NCBI GenBank assembly: GCA_002633005.1
Contig: NMRA01000333.1
Span: forward strand, 62,001-126,000
Length of the DNA stretch: 64,000 bases
Direction: 5' to 3'
From: Phoronis australis
Lineage: Eukaryota; Animalia; Phoronida
Below, piece after piece: positions 13,196-26,394 of the stretch. The position numbers were made by a program, and so were the translations under genes. Positions within the stretch are counted from its first letter, which is position 1. Each line of letters starts with the position of its first letter. The notes beneath the pieces are model-generated. The model was not told the origin of the DNA, did not search any database, and saw nothing but the letters and a program-made list of their open reading frames with translations.

Positions 13196-14769
13196 AAACA
13201 TGCAAATGTAAATAATTATGACTTTACAACCTATGCCGCTAGAAGTGTCGATTTACTTACGAAACTAGATAATTAGGTAAAATATCTACACTATATTTTC
13301 CAAAGTTAACTTCCAAATTGCTCTGAGAAATGCCTCTAGAATTCAGACGAGTCGATCAATTTCAAAATATAGTTTAAAACGTTTTTGGGGGAGGGAGGTC
13401 ATTTATGCAAAAGTACCTTCATCCACCACCGTACAAAACGATATAAACGACAAAGCCAGCGACAGAACTGTTGGCAGAGAGTGAATTTGAAACTGGCAAG
13501 CGGCGGTCGTGAAAATTGGTCTTCAGCACCAAAATAGCGACTCATTTTCAGTCCCGGGAAGTGGTAATAGTGGAAATCAAGGTAAATCTTGATATTTTTT
13601 CTAACGACCGTTCACAGCTTCACCAAGACAAAAGAAAGGTGATTTGTTGTGTTTCTTAGACGTTTCGTATCAAACGGTGTTTTTTTTTCAATGGAAATGC
13701 AGTGATTTTCACTAAAAGTGCACTAAACGCCTCCTGTCAATAATAACAACTTTTGGTTTAGTCTACATCGGTCTCGTCGTATTGGTAAGAACTAACAGTT
13801 CGTTATTTGTTCGAACTAGCTCAATAAGATAAGTCACGGCGCGTCCCTTTACCGAGCATCATCTCAAGGGCTAAGAAACTCTCAACATTGCTTCCAAACC
13901 CAGAGTTGACTTCTCGGGAACAGTGGTAAGTCGGAGTTTTAAGTCAAAACAAAGCTTCTGCGAGTTTCCATGGCAGAAGGCGTGTCCATTAGTACACCAG
14001 CTTCAGACCAAAGAACGGTACTAAGCGTGCGGCGATGGGTGGATGTAATTGTATCGCCATACGCGAGTAAGCGATTTCGATATCGACACGCCAAGGCCCA
14101 TTTCCATTTAATTTTTTACTCATATTCGTGAAAAATGTATTAATTTGACATGTAAGAATCGATTCGAAGATAATCGAATTCCTCTTAGAAAGAATCGAAT
14201 CCACTCGATGTGCACCGTCCTAACCCAACACAGTGCCTAACCTCTGTCATAGTGTCACTTTCATTTACTACAGGCTTTGTCACTGTTGTGAATGCCCGTA
14301 ATTTCTCAAAACAGCGTTTGGTGATAGTTGTGGTCCACAACGTAAAAATGATGAAGTGTCACGTTGAAACTATTTATGACTTATCGAAAAATGAGAAGGC
14401 AAAACATCAATTGTCCGCCAGATTGTGTGAGATTTTAAGAAGTCTGACGGTCCAGTTGGAAAACAGCACTGGGCAAAAATTCAACAATAATCGAAAACCG
14501 GTTACATTTTTAAACGCACAAGTTAGCTTTTTTCTGGGGGAGCTTCCATGCGCGCACCCAGACTTCAATATGGGGGTGCTCGAATTCCTAACGTTGTGGA
14601 CCTTTTGGTAACAAAAAAAGCCGGCGGACAAAAAAAACGGGCGCACCACTGTGACTTGCGCGTTTTGGGCTTGTTTAGTGGACTTTTGTCTCATTTTCTT
14701 GGATTTTTGTTTCTTACAGGCGGACCTTTTTTTCGNCCCCCCCCCCCCGAGGACATTATTCCATGCCAG

Positions 14770-14917
14770 GCGTGCGTTCAGTAAGGCTAGGACATACGCT
14801 AGGACCTAGCTAAAATCTAGTCAGTCACGTGTTCTAATTTAAAATATACGGCAATGTCTCACGTAATCTCGCGAAGTCTTGCGTTTTAGTGAGGTTCTAG
14901 CGTTACTGAATGGAAGA
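14770..14917. mobile_element. ~150-bp MITE (family A), CAG TSD
   Basis: Subterminal inverted gttcagtaa(g/c)gctagga...ctagcgttactgaa, flanked by CAG/CAG. Homologous to 22349-22499 and 33506-33656. Confidence 0.8.
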
Positions 14918-16426
14918 CAGAGTTGTAAAGTCAGTATGAACTACCAGCCTATTTCCGTTTCGTTTTAGCTGAAAAATTCATCAACGGATTATAGCGCTAG
15001 TTCAGTCCGGATAGTTCTCACTCAACACAACTCCAAACATTTTCAAATGTCACTAAATTAAATATTTTTAGATTATTTTTTATTGTTGATGGTGCACCAC
15101 CACCTAAAAGGGCCGCGGTAGTGAGTGGCAGGTGTTCCTGCATGATGAGTACCCAATCGCTGCCATTTGTTATGAGGTTCTCGCGTAAACCCTGCCCACT
15201 TTTGAAAAAGTTGAAAAAGAAAAAGTAAAGTAAACACAAACAAGAGTAATTGTTACCCAATGTTTATATTTTAGTGATATCTGTCGATTGACAAAACTCA
15301 TCCAGCGCCCAGATTGATGTATGTAAAGGAAAATGAATCTTTGAACATTAAACAATAATTTCTTTACAAAACTTTCTTGCGCTGTGTGCCAGCGGAAATC
15401 AGTTTTGGTTTTATTGTGGTGTTGCCCATTTTGAACGCAACGCCTCCACGCCAAAAATTAATCAAATTAGTCAAATGCTCTGGTTAATGAACGTTTGATT
15501 TTAGAATATTTCATTCCACGGTGAAATTGCATAAAACTGAAGCTACCATGGCTGTTTCAAACGCCCGAAATCTATAGGCCGGTCTTCGAAATTACTTACT
15601 GACAGGTCCACTCAAACACGTTGCCGCGTGGTCCTGTTGCTGTCACACGCGCTCTAATTTGACTAGTTGGCAAGGTCTCGCATTTCGTGAATCACACACT
15701 ATTTGGCGATATTACTGAAACCTGAATTAAAAAAAACAGCCTCAGTCAATCCTGTGAGCACGCGAATTAGTACAGAAAACACATGATCCCAGGGAATACA
15801 GACGTCTTGGATAGGTTTTGTGGTCTTAATAGTGCCACCTGGTATGAGGAGACTAATATTATAGGTGTGCTAAAAGCGTCTGCGGGACGTCGTGTTTTTG
15901 AGAGCCTCATAAAGCCCAGGTAGACCTACATTGGTACATTGTACTAACCAATAAAAAGCTCGAAGAGAAAACATCATACAAGATTTATGTTCTGCAAATT
16001 TCATCCTTAATGAGAGCAATTTCAGTGGTCTAGAAACTTTAACATTGTTCTAGCAAATCTATTTCAAGGAAACATAACGACGTATTTCAAGAAAACAGTG
16101 CGACATTTTCTGGACTATAGTTCGCGTACTTTCCGCCATTAAATGGATCGATTTCGCGAAGTTTGGTCGCAGTATCTCCGAACACCTTAAATTGTATTTT
16201 AGTCAACAGTACGGACCTGATGGTGAATGTCTAATTAATTGAAATAGTTGAATAGAACTAATTTCTATACAACCTACTGTTACGAGGGACACGTCAATGA
16301 CATACAAGTAGCGTCTTTTATCGGCAGATAACTATAATTTGGAATAGAGATGTCGTAATTGTCATCCAGTTAAGTCCTTTACAACTGTAATGTACACTGC
16401 AAATTTCTATGAAATTCCGGAACCAG

Positions 16427-16738
16427 TATAAAAGAGCCGAGACATGTGGGAACAACTGACTTCTGTCATTAAGCGCCTTGACATGCTTCGTTGTGAAAAA
16501 TTAACGTTAGCACGCCTCATTACGCAGGCCGTGGTTAAAGTCCTTTGTCATAGCAATCATAATCTTAGTGCATGTTTAGTTGCAAAACAAGTTTGTTTCG
16601 CTTTGACAGCTTATTTGTGAATAATTCATACTTTGTTCACACTGTAGGCCCCCACACAATTCTCAAGCAACGCTATAAACATCACAATTACGCACGAATT
16701 TTAAATATCCTGCTTTGAAAAAAACTGTCGTTTCACAG
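16427..16738 (+). promoter_or_regulatory. Candidate TATA promoter plus non-coding first exon
   Basis: TATAAAAG at 16427, donor acag|gtaaca at 16738, acceptor ttttcag at 16993 leading to a signal-peptide exon. Confidence 0.35.
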
Positions 16739-17086
16739 GTAACATTTAATAACCGCAACCTAGCCATCGTTCCGTAGACACATGACATCCAGTCATCCTA
16801 AACGTGGTGTGATCGCGTTCTTCGCTTGTAAAGTATGGCGATATCTGGCGGTCGCCAGACAATAAATAAATTACTTTTCTTCACTTCAAGATTCCACTAT
16901 TGGGCTTCCGCATTCTTGTTAGTGACTCGCAAATTCATTTGAGACTTCATTGAAAAGCAGACGAATGAAGACTTAAGTGCGCCTCGTTTTCAGTTGATAG
17001 CTGGGTAGTTATGTAATGGAATTAATACCCAAGTATATGTAATATCATACTGTAAACCAGTTCGAGGACTAGCGCGAGAAAATGTT

Positions 17087-17179
17087 ATGGTAGCTGTTGC
17101 CATTGTCGCCATCGTCATCGTCATTCTTTGCGTGGGTCTAGAATCCCCTTCTATATTTACTATGTCCTTTCTAACACTG
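17087..17179 (+). CDS. Candidate signal-peptide or signal-anchor exon of an unidentified secreted/membrane protein
   Basis: MVAVAIVAIVIVILCVGLESPSIFTMSFLTL, then donor CTG|gtatgc. Downstream exons could not be identified with confidence. Confidence 0.35.
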
Positions 17180-17778
17180 GTATGCAATTAGTTCATTTGT
17201 GTATCAACGGAATTCACGCACACCCCTTATTAAGACTCGTTTTTGTTGCACTAAGACGTAGTTACGTCATACATAATCGTCATTTAGCTATACATCAGAT
17301 TTTAATGCTATTTCGAAAATCATTGCATTCTTTTTAATTTTCTTAAGTCAACCCATATTGGTTTTCCAATCATAAAAGTTCACCGCTCTTTCCCGCATTT
17401 ATCATTACTCAGAGACAGTGGAATAATTAAAGTCAACATAATCTTTTAAAAGTGATTGAGTTTTAATTAATTTGATCACGACGTTGATCTTAACTAAATG
17501 AAAACGTCCAACGGTGAACGCCAAAGCCAATATTTATGGCTAACGTGTTTTATGATATGGCTAAATGGGCGAATCGTAATTAATTGACGAAAACGTGCAT
17601 TCAAAGCGACTATAAGCCTGCGTTGTGTCCGAGAAGCGAATTTTTTACTTGTACCACACATATCGCTATAACATTGGTCTCAGGCTGTTCCCTAATAAGA
17701 TGAAATAATTTCTGGGTTTGCAAATAACTATATAGCAGTTCGATATTTCCTGGGACCATGTTCAGTCGATAAAATTAC

Positions 17779-18361
17779 AGGCTGTGACAAACCAGTCCTC
17801 AGAGCAAGGTTTCACAATGTTACTCGCTGGTTCCCTGCGTGTCCGCTAGGGGGTATCATTCAGCGTTTTGTCACTGGTTGATGTAACCTCGGCAGTCATT
17901 GGTTAGCTTTACAACAAAGAAAGAAAACGATGAACTGTGAACGATGATTAGCCTTGTAATGCATGAAGTGGCGTGAAAGTAAAATATTTCGTTTCTGCAG
18001 TAATGTTTAATAGCCGCGTGCTTGAAGCAGATACACAATGCACACACACCTGGCCGATTTAACCGGTGTGCTATTCATATAGGACAGTAACGTAAACAAA
18101 TGTCAGTGACAATAAAAATGCACTCCGAAAAAACAACTTTATGAGTCCCATTTCTTGAACCTTAATTAAACACCGATTTGTCTGTACAACAGACCACAAT
18201 CTACATCCAGTTTGTTTACGTAAAGCGCTTCCTGTTGATTGTTCGACCAGCCAATCAGAAACGCCGATGTCAAAAAATTCCCGAGGAAAATTGAATGATA
18301 CCTGCACGTTATCTAACCGCTAGCAGACACGCAGGGAACCAGCGAGACACTGTTACAGCCT
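17779..18361. mobile_element. MITE inserted in the LINE RNase H region
   Basis: Inverted repeats aggctgt.aca...ctcgctggttccctgcgtgtc.gctag / ctagcagacacgcagggaaccagcgagacactgttacagcct. Confidence 0.7.
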
Positions 18362-18395
18362 TTCAGGCAGACATTTTCGCCATTCACCAGGCTGC

Positions 18396-18656
18396 CCAAT
18401 AGCGGATTTGCAGCGCAGACGAACTACGCATTGCGCATGTGCGAGTTACTTCCTTCGCGAAGGCTCATGGGATAGCTTGTGGTCAGGCATGTCTTGAGCA
18501 GGCTGGATAGTGTGTGCATTTGGAGTGATTTGCAAACTAAAAACCATGTTTCATTTTTTTGCTTTATAATACCAAGCAAGTCCTTTCTCTCGTTTGTAAA
18601 CACAGCGTAGCTATGATCAGTGACCGTGTGACCGAGNGCTGCAAATCCGCTATTGG
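18396..18656. mobile_element. MITE with 19-bp TIR ccaatagcggatttgcagc
   Basis: Perfect inverted repeat ccaatagcggatttgcagc / gctgcaaatccgctattgg that splits the RNase H coding remnant. Confidence 0.75.
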
Positions 18657-18861
18657 CAAGGGAGCATGAAGCAATCCTTGGTAACAAGGAACTATTCATA
18701 CTCTCAGACAGCCAAGCAGCTAAAGCTCTAACCAACACTGGTCAACTCCTGATGTGTCCATGCCTGTGTAAACGGGCTTAACCACCTATCAGCTAGTAGT
18801 TCATGTGAACTGGGTTAAAGCCCACATGCCAAGAATTGTAGGATGACACTTGGCCTACATA

Positions 18862-19186
18862 CAGTAGGCGGATTTAAGGGCGGGTGGCAGGGTGCTTGCC
18901 CCCCCCCCCCTTCAGTTGGCTGCCGCCAGCAAATTGAAACAGCAGCAGCGTGCAGAAGTATTGAGTTCAGCAACTAGGACTGGTAGCGGATGAGGGGGTT
19001 CGCGTCGGAATCGTGTTCCCCGGTCGTTTTTTTTAGTCTGCCGACGGATTTTGGGAACAGGAGGTACAAATGTCCGTCACCCCCTTCCCAACTTTCGGGC
19101 TGCCTGTGCACATACTATAGCGCTTTGCCCAATTCCCCGAGGCAACATGTTTCCTCCCCCCTTATAGTATCCTAGATCCGCCACTG
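18862..19186 (+). mobile_element. hAT-like GC-rich MITE (family B), nested in another TIR element (18825-19481)
   Basis: Termini cagtaggcggatttaagg / cctagatccgccactg; internal homology to 46979-47276. The host element has TIRs catgccaagaat / attcttgtcatg. Confidence 0.7.
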
Positions 19187-20765
19187 AACCACCTCAAAAT
19201 CCAACGTTCTCTGCAGGTTTGGTAATTGGCCAATTGTGTTGCACACCCCCACAGCTGTGAATAGCTAGAATTAACGATCCACAGACTACTGGCTGGACTC
19301 CCCCAGTGTGTCTGTGGTGGATCTGATTATCTAAGAAAGACAACCTCAGAAGCTTGAGGTTTTTTAAATAACCACAACAGCATGAGGTCTTTGATACAAA
19401 CCGGCAATTCTGGAGGTAGGCAAACCGTTCGAGTTGTCCAGTATCGACCGGTTTGGGTGTCAACGGAGGATTCTTGTCATGTATGTTGGTATTGACGGTA
19501 AATAAGCTGCTGACAAACTTGCAATAGAAGGAACAAGTGAACCCACCAGAACCTTGCACACCAGTTGCTTATAGGTGCTGCAGACAGAGCAAAAGCAACA
19601 CAATGGGTGCACAAACTGTCCCTGGATGCATGGAGAAAGGTCTTCGCCTGCAGACAAACGAAACAACTATTTCCAAGTCCTATTGAATCAAAAGGTTCAA
19701 AGAAACGGTTGTGTTTAGATAGGCTTGCTATCAGGCGGGTGATCTACTGCAAAATAGCTCGGCACCGTATCATCACAGGCCACATGGCATGTTCATTTTA
19801 TCCCAGCTGTGACTTGGAGGTCCAGACTTCTCAACATCTGGTAGAGATTTGCCCTGCCTACACTTGACAGTCACACCGTAGGCTACTACTTGATGGACAC
19901 ATAACCCGCCTGGTTGACATTGCAAGTTCATTCAGATTTAATAGTCTTTCTATCTTTCTGAAATAAACGGGCAGATTGGAAGATTTTACCCATGAGTAAA
20001 CTGACAAAGCAGTGAGTAGACAAGAAGTCAAAAGTCAGTCACAAACCCAATATTGCACTTGCCAATGAGGTTTGTGGCGTTGGCGACGGTGCCCTCTTGG
20101 CGCTCTTGACTGTTCTACGGTGATGGCAGCCATGGTGCAAAGTTGCATAAATATAAAGCTTTGGGTCAATGTGGGTGAAAATCTAGCCAAATAAAATCTG
20201 ACACAAAATTAATGTCACTGTAAACTGCGCTCTTCCTTGAGTCAAACTAAATTAGTCACTGATTCTAAAAATACCATTCTACCGTCATTCTGCTGCAAAA
20301 TTTGTGGAGCGATCTTATCAACTTTCATGGCCACGAAATAGAGCTTCATCTATTGGCCAATTTCTTTGTTCAACGATTTTTCAATCAACTGTTCTTCCTC
20401 CACAAGGTTGCTTATATGTGACAAAAAACCATCGGAATTGGTTTCACTTTGTTAATATGGCGGAAGTTGGAGCTTTGTTAAGGGCAAAAGCACGGAAACT
20501 ATTATACTGATCATATTTATGATGCCAAAAATAACCGTGTCACAAGCACGGAGTGGGGTCGATGAGCATGACATTTTTTCTGTTCATCTTTGCAGTTTTA
20601 TAGCAATTAATAACCGCTACCGCGTCTGAAATTAGTAAAAAAACAGGCTTCCATTAGAAGTTCTACGATATGCGGCATTTTAAGGTATTCTAATAAAATA
20701 GCGTATATTCAAGGATCATGTTGGAAAAACGTCACTGTGGATCAATTGACAAATGTGGTCTCGAG

Positions 20766-20896
20766 CTTTTGGGACAATTTGGCGGATTCATGGGTCACAT
20801 TAGTATTTTCTGTTCATTCTGACTCACTTTTGGGCCAATTTGGCGGATTCATGGGTCACATTAGTATTTTCTGTTCATTTTGACTCACTTTTGGGC
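20766..20896. repeat. 61-bp tandem duplication
   Basis: cttttggg(a/c)caatttggcggattcatgggtcacattagtattttctgttcatt(c/t)tgactca occurs twice. Confidence 0.9.
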
Positions 20897-22348
20897 GGGT
20901 ATTTTAACATGTGTGATTTTGTCTGCGACTTCAGTACAAATACGCGGCGATTGGTGATTGGTCTAAACGGCTACCTGCAAATCAGATACACAAATCCACA
21001 TTTGAGATTTGTATATTTTAATTCAAAATGCTTGACCATTGCGTGAACATTGCTGATTTTGTCACCGACAAAGTTTAGATCGGCTGCTCTCCATTAGAAT
21101 CTGAATGAGTATTATTAAAGACAAAGGCGTGATTGCGATTCAATTTTTATGTGCTCGTTGACCCGATCACAGGGCATCAATGAAAATCTTCATGCGCTAA
21201 TGGTGCGGGGCGCGTTCCTAAAATTATCCCTGTATATTAGATACATTGCAAACTAATCAATTTGTTACGGCCAAGTCATACAAGCGCTGGCGTTCAATGT
21301 GAAGCACGAATCGATTGTCGGTTGTCGTGCAAGGTCTATCCCCCATTCAGAACACCTTGGGTATTTTCCTAAGTGTAGTCTCAAATTATTTCTCGGAGGT
21401 GCTTTATATCTGCGCATGTGCGAAATTTAATTACTGTCGGTATTACGACAAACGAATTTGGTTAAGAGACGACTAACCTCGTGGGCATTCAGCCTAACAC
21501 GTCCCAAAAGTCGTATGCGACGGTCATCCCCAATCCTTAATCTGCCTTCTGATGTACTCTTAACTCATGTTAAAGCTTGTTCCCACAAGAGAATCCAAAC
21601 GCATTCGACAGCACTCTCCATTTTGGAGTTACGGTACTTCCTGTTCTGGATGAAGGTCGCACATAAATGCGGATATGAAACACTGAGGGATAATTTGAGG
21701 CTACGAAAATACCCGATGTATTCCGAATAGGGCCTATCCGTTGAGACATAGTGTGGAAATTATAGCGAGAGATGAATAAAACAACACAATCATTGAAGTC
21801 AACAAGTACCAAGCAAGCTGTATTCGGGGAAGACAAATACAAAAACAGGACCGAGGTCAAAGGTTAAACCACACAGAGCATAATTTGTAGACCGTGCAAC
21901 TTGACCGTAATGAATAAGAAAGTGAACACAAGGTCTGTTTTCAAAGCGAACATCTATTTGATTTTAAAACAGAACAATAGAAAACTGTTCAACCTGTGTT
22001 GGTGATCATATTATCTGGCAGAAAGTGGGTGGTCCGCTACTCTGGCCAGATGCTGTATACACGCGGAGTCGTTTGTGCGAGGAAAACATCGAGTCACGTT
22101 CAAATTGCTCATAGTGGGCGTTTTTATTGTAAAGTAACTTGAACAAAACTCGAGTAAGTGAGCCATGACCAATGTTTTCGAGTGCAGTGACCATAGTAAC
22201 GTATGTTTCGTTATTGAAAAAATAAAAAAGCGAGATTTTCAACCGATGCGTGGTCGTCCTGTCTCTGGCGAGCGCAAAGCCTCTTTGTACTGTAAAGCGA
22301 GTAGCAATCTCGATGGAAAATACGTGTAAAAGAGTGAAGACTTGCCTG

Positions 22349-22499
22349 GCGTGAGTTCAGTTGACGCTAGGACCTACGTTAGGATCTAGCTAAAATCTGG
22401 TCAAAGTCACGTGTTCTCATTTGAAATACACGACAATATCTCACGTAATTTCGCGAAGTCTTGCTTTTCAGCGAGGTCCTAGCGTTACTGAACGGGAGG
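22349..22499. mobile_element. MITE family A copy, CTG TSD
   Basis: Homologous to 14770-14917; flanked by CTG/CTG. Confidence 0.8.
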
Positions 22500-23411
22500 C
22501 TGGTATAATGTGTCTGTGACCGCAGTGGCAGAAGATTGCGTGGTCAGATTAAACGTTCATTCGTTGTTCTGCGCACACAAACAATGGCTTGTGTTAAGGA
22601 AGTAATGATGCGATCGAATCGCAGTTAGATGTTCATTCCGCCTATTTTTTGTTTTAATTACAGGTATATTTTTAGGACCGCGCCCCACGTCATTGTCGTA
22701 AAAAGCCATTGACGCATTATGTTTGCTCTCACCTCTGGTCAACTGGGTTATTAAAATTGTGTCGGAAGTAAATGCCAGATTTCTAAATGTGCGGGGAAAT
22801 ATATTTTAAAGGTCCCTTTCTATCAAGCATTTGTCGTAGGCCTGGTGGTGAAGGCATTAGATTGCGACAGACAGGGGGCGTGTTTGGTTCTAGTTAAATA
22901 GGATATTTTAACTAAAGTTCAACAACAAATTTCTTTCGGCGTGTTGCAAATTGCAGTATATTTTGGAACAGACGAATAGTAAATAAACGACATTTATTCG
23001 GGTAGCAGGGTTTAATCAATAAACGACACACACGGTGCCAGGGTACTACTAAAAGCTTTCGCGTATTTTTTTCTCTTTTAAATATCAATGACTTTGTTGA
23101 ACCTGCTGCAAAGCTACGTGCCCATGTGTCTGGCAGACACAAATTGATGACCCACAGGTCTTCATTATTGAGCCATACATTTCAGGCCTTTGGGACAATT
23201 GACCCATAGACGTATTTTTCTAAAATAAACCCTGTAATCTTGACTAGTTTCCAATCATTAATAAAGCAGAGAATACCTCTTAGGCTATTGGTGTACTATT
23301 TAGTATCTTCTTGAGTATTTTGCATTTTGTATTTTTTGACCAGTAACACCAGTACAGAGATGACAGAACGTTGGAAACTATGTGAGTTTCACAGGTTTGC
23401 CGCAATAATAT

Positions 23412-23506
23412 TGCCCAAACTTCAGTGGTGAATAACGGTACATGCCCAAACTTCAGTGGTGAATAACGGTACATATAATCCAAACTTCAGTGGTGAATAA
23501 CGGTAA
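23412..23506. repeat. ~31-35-bp minisatellite, 3 copies
   Basis: ccaaacttcagtggtgaataacggta occurs three times. Confidence 0.9.
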
Positions 23507-24369
23507 ATATTTCACCACACAAAAACATGAAAACGTAGCCTCCTGTAATTCATCGTTGTATAACACAGTATTGCATGTTTGTCTCATCATGACGTAGGTT
23601 ACGCCATTACATCACCCTGAATGCCGCAGGCACACGGGAGCGATAGTACATCCCCATAAAGTGTTACTCATATCAAAATATAGCAAATAAAATCGAATGA
23701 AATACGCATATATGCTCATAGAGTTATAATTAACACATAGCATGACTTTGATAAAATTTAGTTAACATAACTTGAACACATCCATGAAAATCTGTCGCGG
23801 TTCGCTCGAGTTTATCTCACCGGGTGACATTTTGAGGAAGTTACGTGAAATCACGCCTATTGACGAACAAAAAGTCCAAGGAATACAATTCTAGCAAATT
23901 TCACCCGATATCTTCCCATGCTATTTTGCAATTAGCACGCGCCACGTCATGCGCTTCGCTTAGTCTCGCGCTAGCCTTTGCGTAACTCACATGACTCAGT
24001 TGAAATATTTTGTGGTCATCACCCACGATGAAAAAGTCATCTGTGACCAAAAAAGTGGAGTTGGATTTTTGGATTTCTTCGACAAAGTCACCTTATTTTT
24101 CATAGCAATGCTTCATCGAAGTTATGTAAGGAAGTAGAAAGGATCCCCTAAGAAAGTAAGCGCCTTTTTAAGGGATAGTTTTAAGTGTAGAATGTATTTT
24201 TGACGAGGTGAAAACTCTTAATCGGTGAGCGGATTTCGCCTACCGCCCGTTTAAAATACATGGAACGAAATGCGTACAGAAATCGATGGGAAGTATTGTA
24301 GCCCCTAACCGGCCAACCGAGGGGCTACGTGTTGCCTAGACGTAGGTAAGATAATCCCTCTTTTTGTCA

Positions 24370-25036
24370 AAAAGCTAACATAAAATAGAAAAAGAATGAA
24401 ATTGCCACTAGGAGGCACAGCGTTGGTCGAATCCATCCGAAAGTCATCGTCGTCTGTTGTCAACTTAATATAAACACATTTTCCAAATTTAATAACGATC
24501 TTGCAGAGGGTTTAGGAGATTCAGCCATCGACGACAAAAAAAAACAGCCACTTGGAGGCGCCACAGTTGTTGAAGTCGTCCGAAAATCCTCGTCAATCGT
24601 CCTCTTGGCCGTAGGGACATACATGCCAATTTTCACAATTGTTTGGTTGATAGAGCGACGGACGCCAAAAAAGAGACTCGAAAACAGTAAAAATGGACAC
24701 TAGGTGGCGCAAAATAACCCGAATCCATCCGAAAATGGGAAGGTTGCGTCAACTTACTAATAGATACCTATCTGTAAAGTTTTATGGAAATCCGTTAATG
24801 ACATCCGGGACAAAGGTAAACGTAAAAAAATAAAATTGCCACTAGGGGGCACAAAGGTAGTCCGATCCCTCCGAAAATTCGCTCGTGCTGTCCCATCCAT
24901 AAAAAACATATCTCCTGAGTTTTGTAAACATACCTCCAAGGATTTTGGAGATAGAGCAGCGGACGCCGCACGGACGGACGGACGGACGGACGGGCGGACA
25001 GGGATGAAGACGTATTTATATGTGGGCGCTTAATAA
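24370..25036 (+). mobile_element. Helentron-associated (HINE/pearl-like) element with ~145-bp internal tandem units
   Basis: Four diverged ~142-149-bp units, then a (GGAC)n microsatellite at ~24970-25000 and a short A-ended terminus, the architecture of pearl/DINE-1-type elements. The left boundary is approximate. Confidence 0.65.
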
Positions 25037-26346
25037 GTGCAATCGTGAATGTATCCTTACAGCTAGAGACTTCATTTTTTCATCTTTGTAATTCTTATGA
25101 TAATAAAGATTCTTACACTACCAACTCCTATGAAATATAACCTTTTGTGGAATTGGTTGTACGAATAAAATTTTTGTTGTGTTACCTAGCTGAACATGTT
25201 TTGAGGCACCCTGTGTACCAGCTACAAGTGGTCTTAATCAAAAGCTACTTTTTAATTGAAGACAAGTTTGCGGCTTTCAACTGGGTGTTTTTAATTTAAT
25301 GAATTAGTGAGATAAAATTGATCTGTAGAGTAAAGAATAACGCTAGATTGAGTTCGTTAATACAAGATCCACAGTCTCGATTACGACAAACCAGCTTATT
25401 GCGTCAAAAGTTGGTACAAAACATGACGTGCTGTCGTCCGGAAAGTGCACGTATCTACGGGTAGGTCAGTCACACAAATTTTACTTAAAAACATTAACTA
25501 GTGACTTAGTCAATGAATGTGTTTCATGTTTTAATATACGTGTACCTAACGTATGACCTAAATGCTATTAGTAATTTTCAAGCGTTGAAAGGATTAATCG
25601 TCAATCAGGAGTCAGTTAAAAGTTGGTTTTAATCTCAATTTTTTTCTCGGTGTTCACCAGACGCAATTGATGTTATCTAATCAGTATACAGCTGGGAGTA
25701 ATATAGTCCTAGGTATACAGGTAAAAACTAGATCTTCGTTGATAGTGCGAGATCATCGACTGTTGTTTTTGCTCTGAGGAACCATGAACGACTGCGCTAC
25801 TTTCTCTATGGAGGCAATTTACTCAACATAGTCAGCAGAAAAGTGCACTGGGGGTTATTAATAACTAACAGGGAAGATCGTGAAGACTTTGATGTTGGAA
25901 ATTTGATATGCGTAGGTTTAAAGCTGCGTTTCTTTAGATTCCTATTTTTATCTTAGTTGTCAAGAACTTGTTTTTAAATCCACCTTGTTAAATTTCGAGT
26001 TCCTTTTTGCACATTACTCAGGTCAGGAACGTTGTTACATTAGCCTGCTCGTGGTTGGAATCTTGCTCGTGGCCAGTTGTAAGGTGTAAAAGCTTCCGGA
26101 ACACATCGGGTATTTTTGTAGCCCTGAATTTCTTTCTCGGGGGTGGGCAGTTCCATTGCTTCTGGTATGGCCCAACCCACAGGTGGTGGTACCATCCCAT
26201 TAAAAGCTACTCATTTTAAAATACGGCGAATAATATGGAATGAAGCATGTATATATACGTATAAGCAATTAGTAATAACTAACACATATCAAGACTCCAT
26301 GATAGCAAGTAGCAACATAAATTCAAGAAAATAACTACGGTTTTAA

Positions 26347-26394
26347 AACTTGACATGTTTCGGTGTCATTTATTAAACACCATCCTCAGAAGTC
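26347..26394 (-). ncRNA. Minimal type I hammerhead ribozyme (second, antisense copy)
   Basis: Exact reverse complement of 26839-26886, located in the left arm. Confidence 0.85.

Larger units (their letters stand above)
17740..19790 (+). mobile_element. Degenerate non-LTR retrotransposon RNase H and C-terminal region (LOA/R1/I-like), interrupted by three insertions
   Basis: Fragments FLGPCSV (~17745), FQADIFAIHQAA (18361), REHEAILGNKELFILSDSQAAKAL (~18660), VHVNWVKAH (~18800), VGIDGK*AADKLAIEG (~19485) and W..CRQTKQLFPSP..RLCLDRLAIRR..IITGH (~19630-19783) reproduce the LINE RNase H motifs FQAE, SDSQAA, WVxxH and GIxGNExADxLA. Confidence 0.8.

Noticed and set aside
23412-23506. CRISPR-like array of three 26-bp direct repeats
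   Set aside because: Spacers are only 5-9 nt and related to each other; eukaryotic context with no cas genes. It is an ordinary minisatellite.
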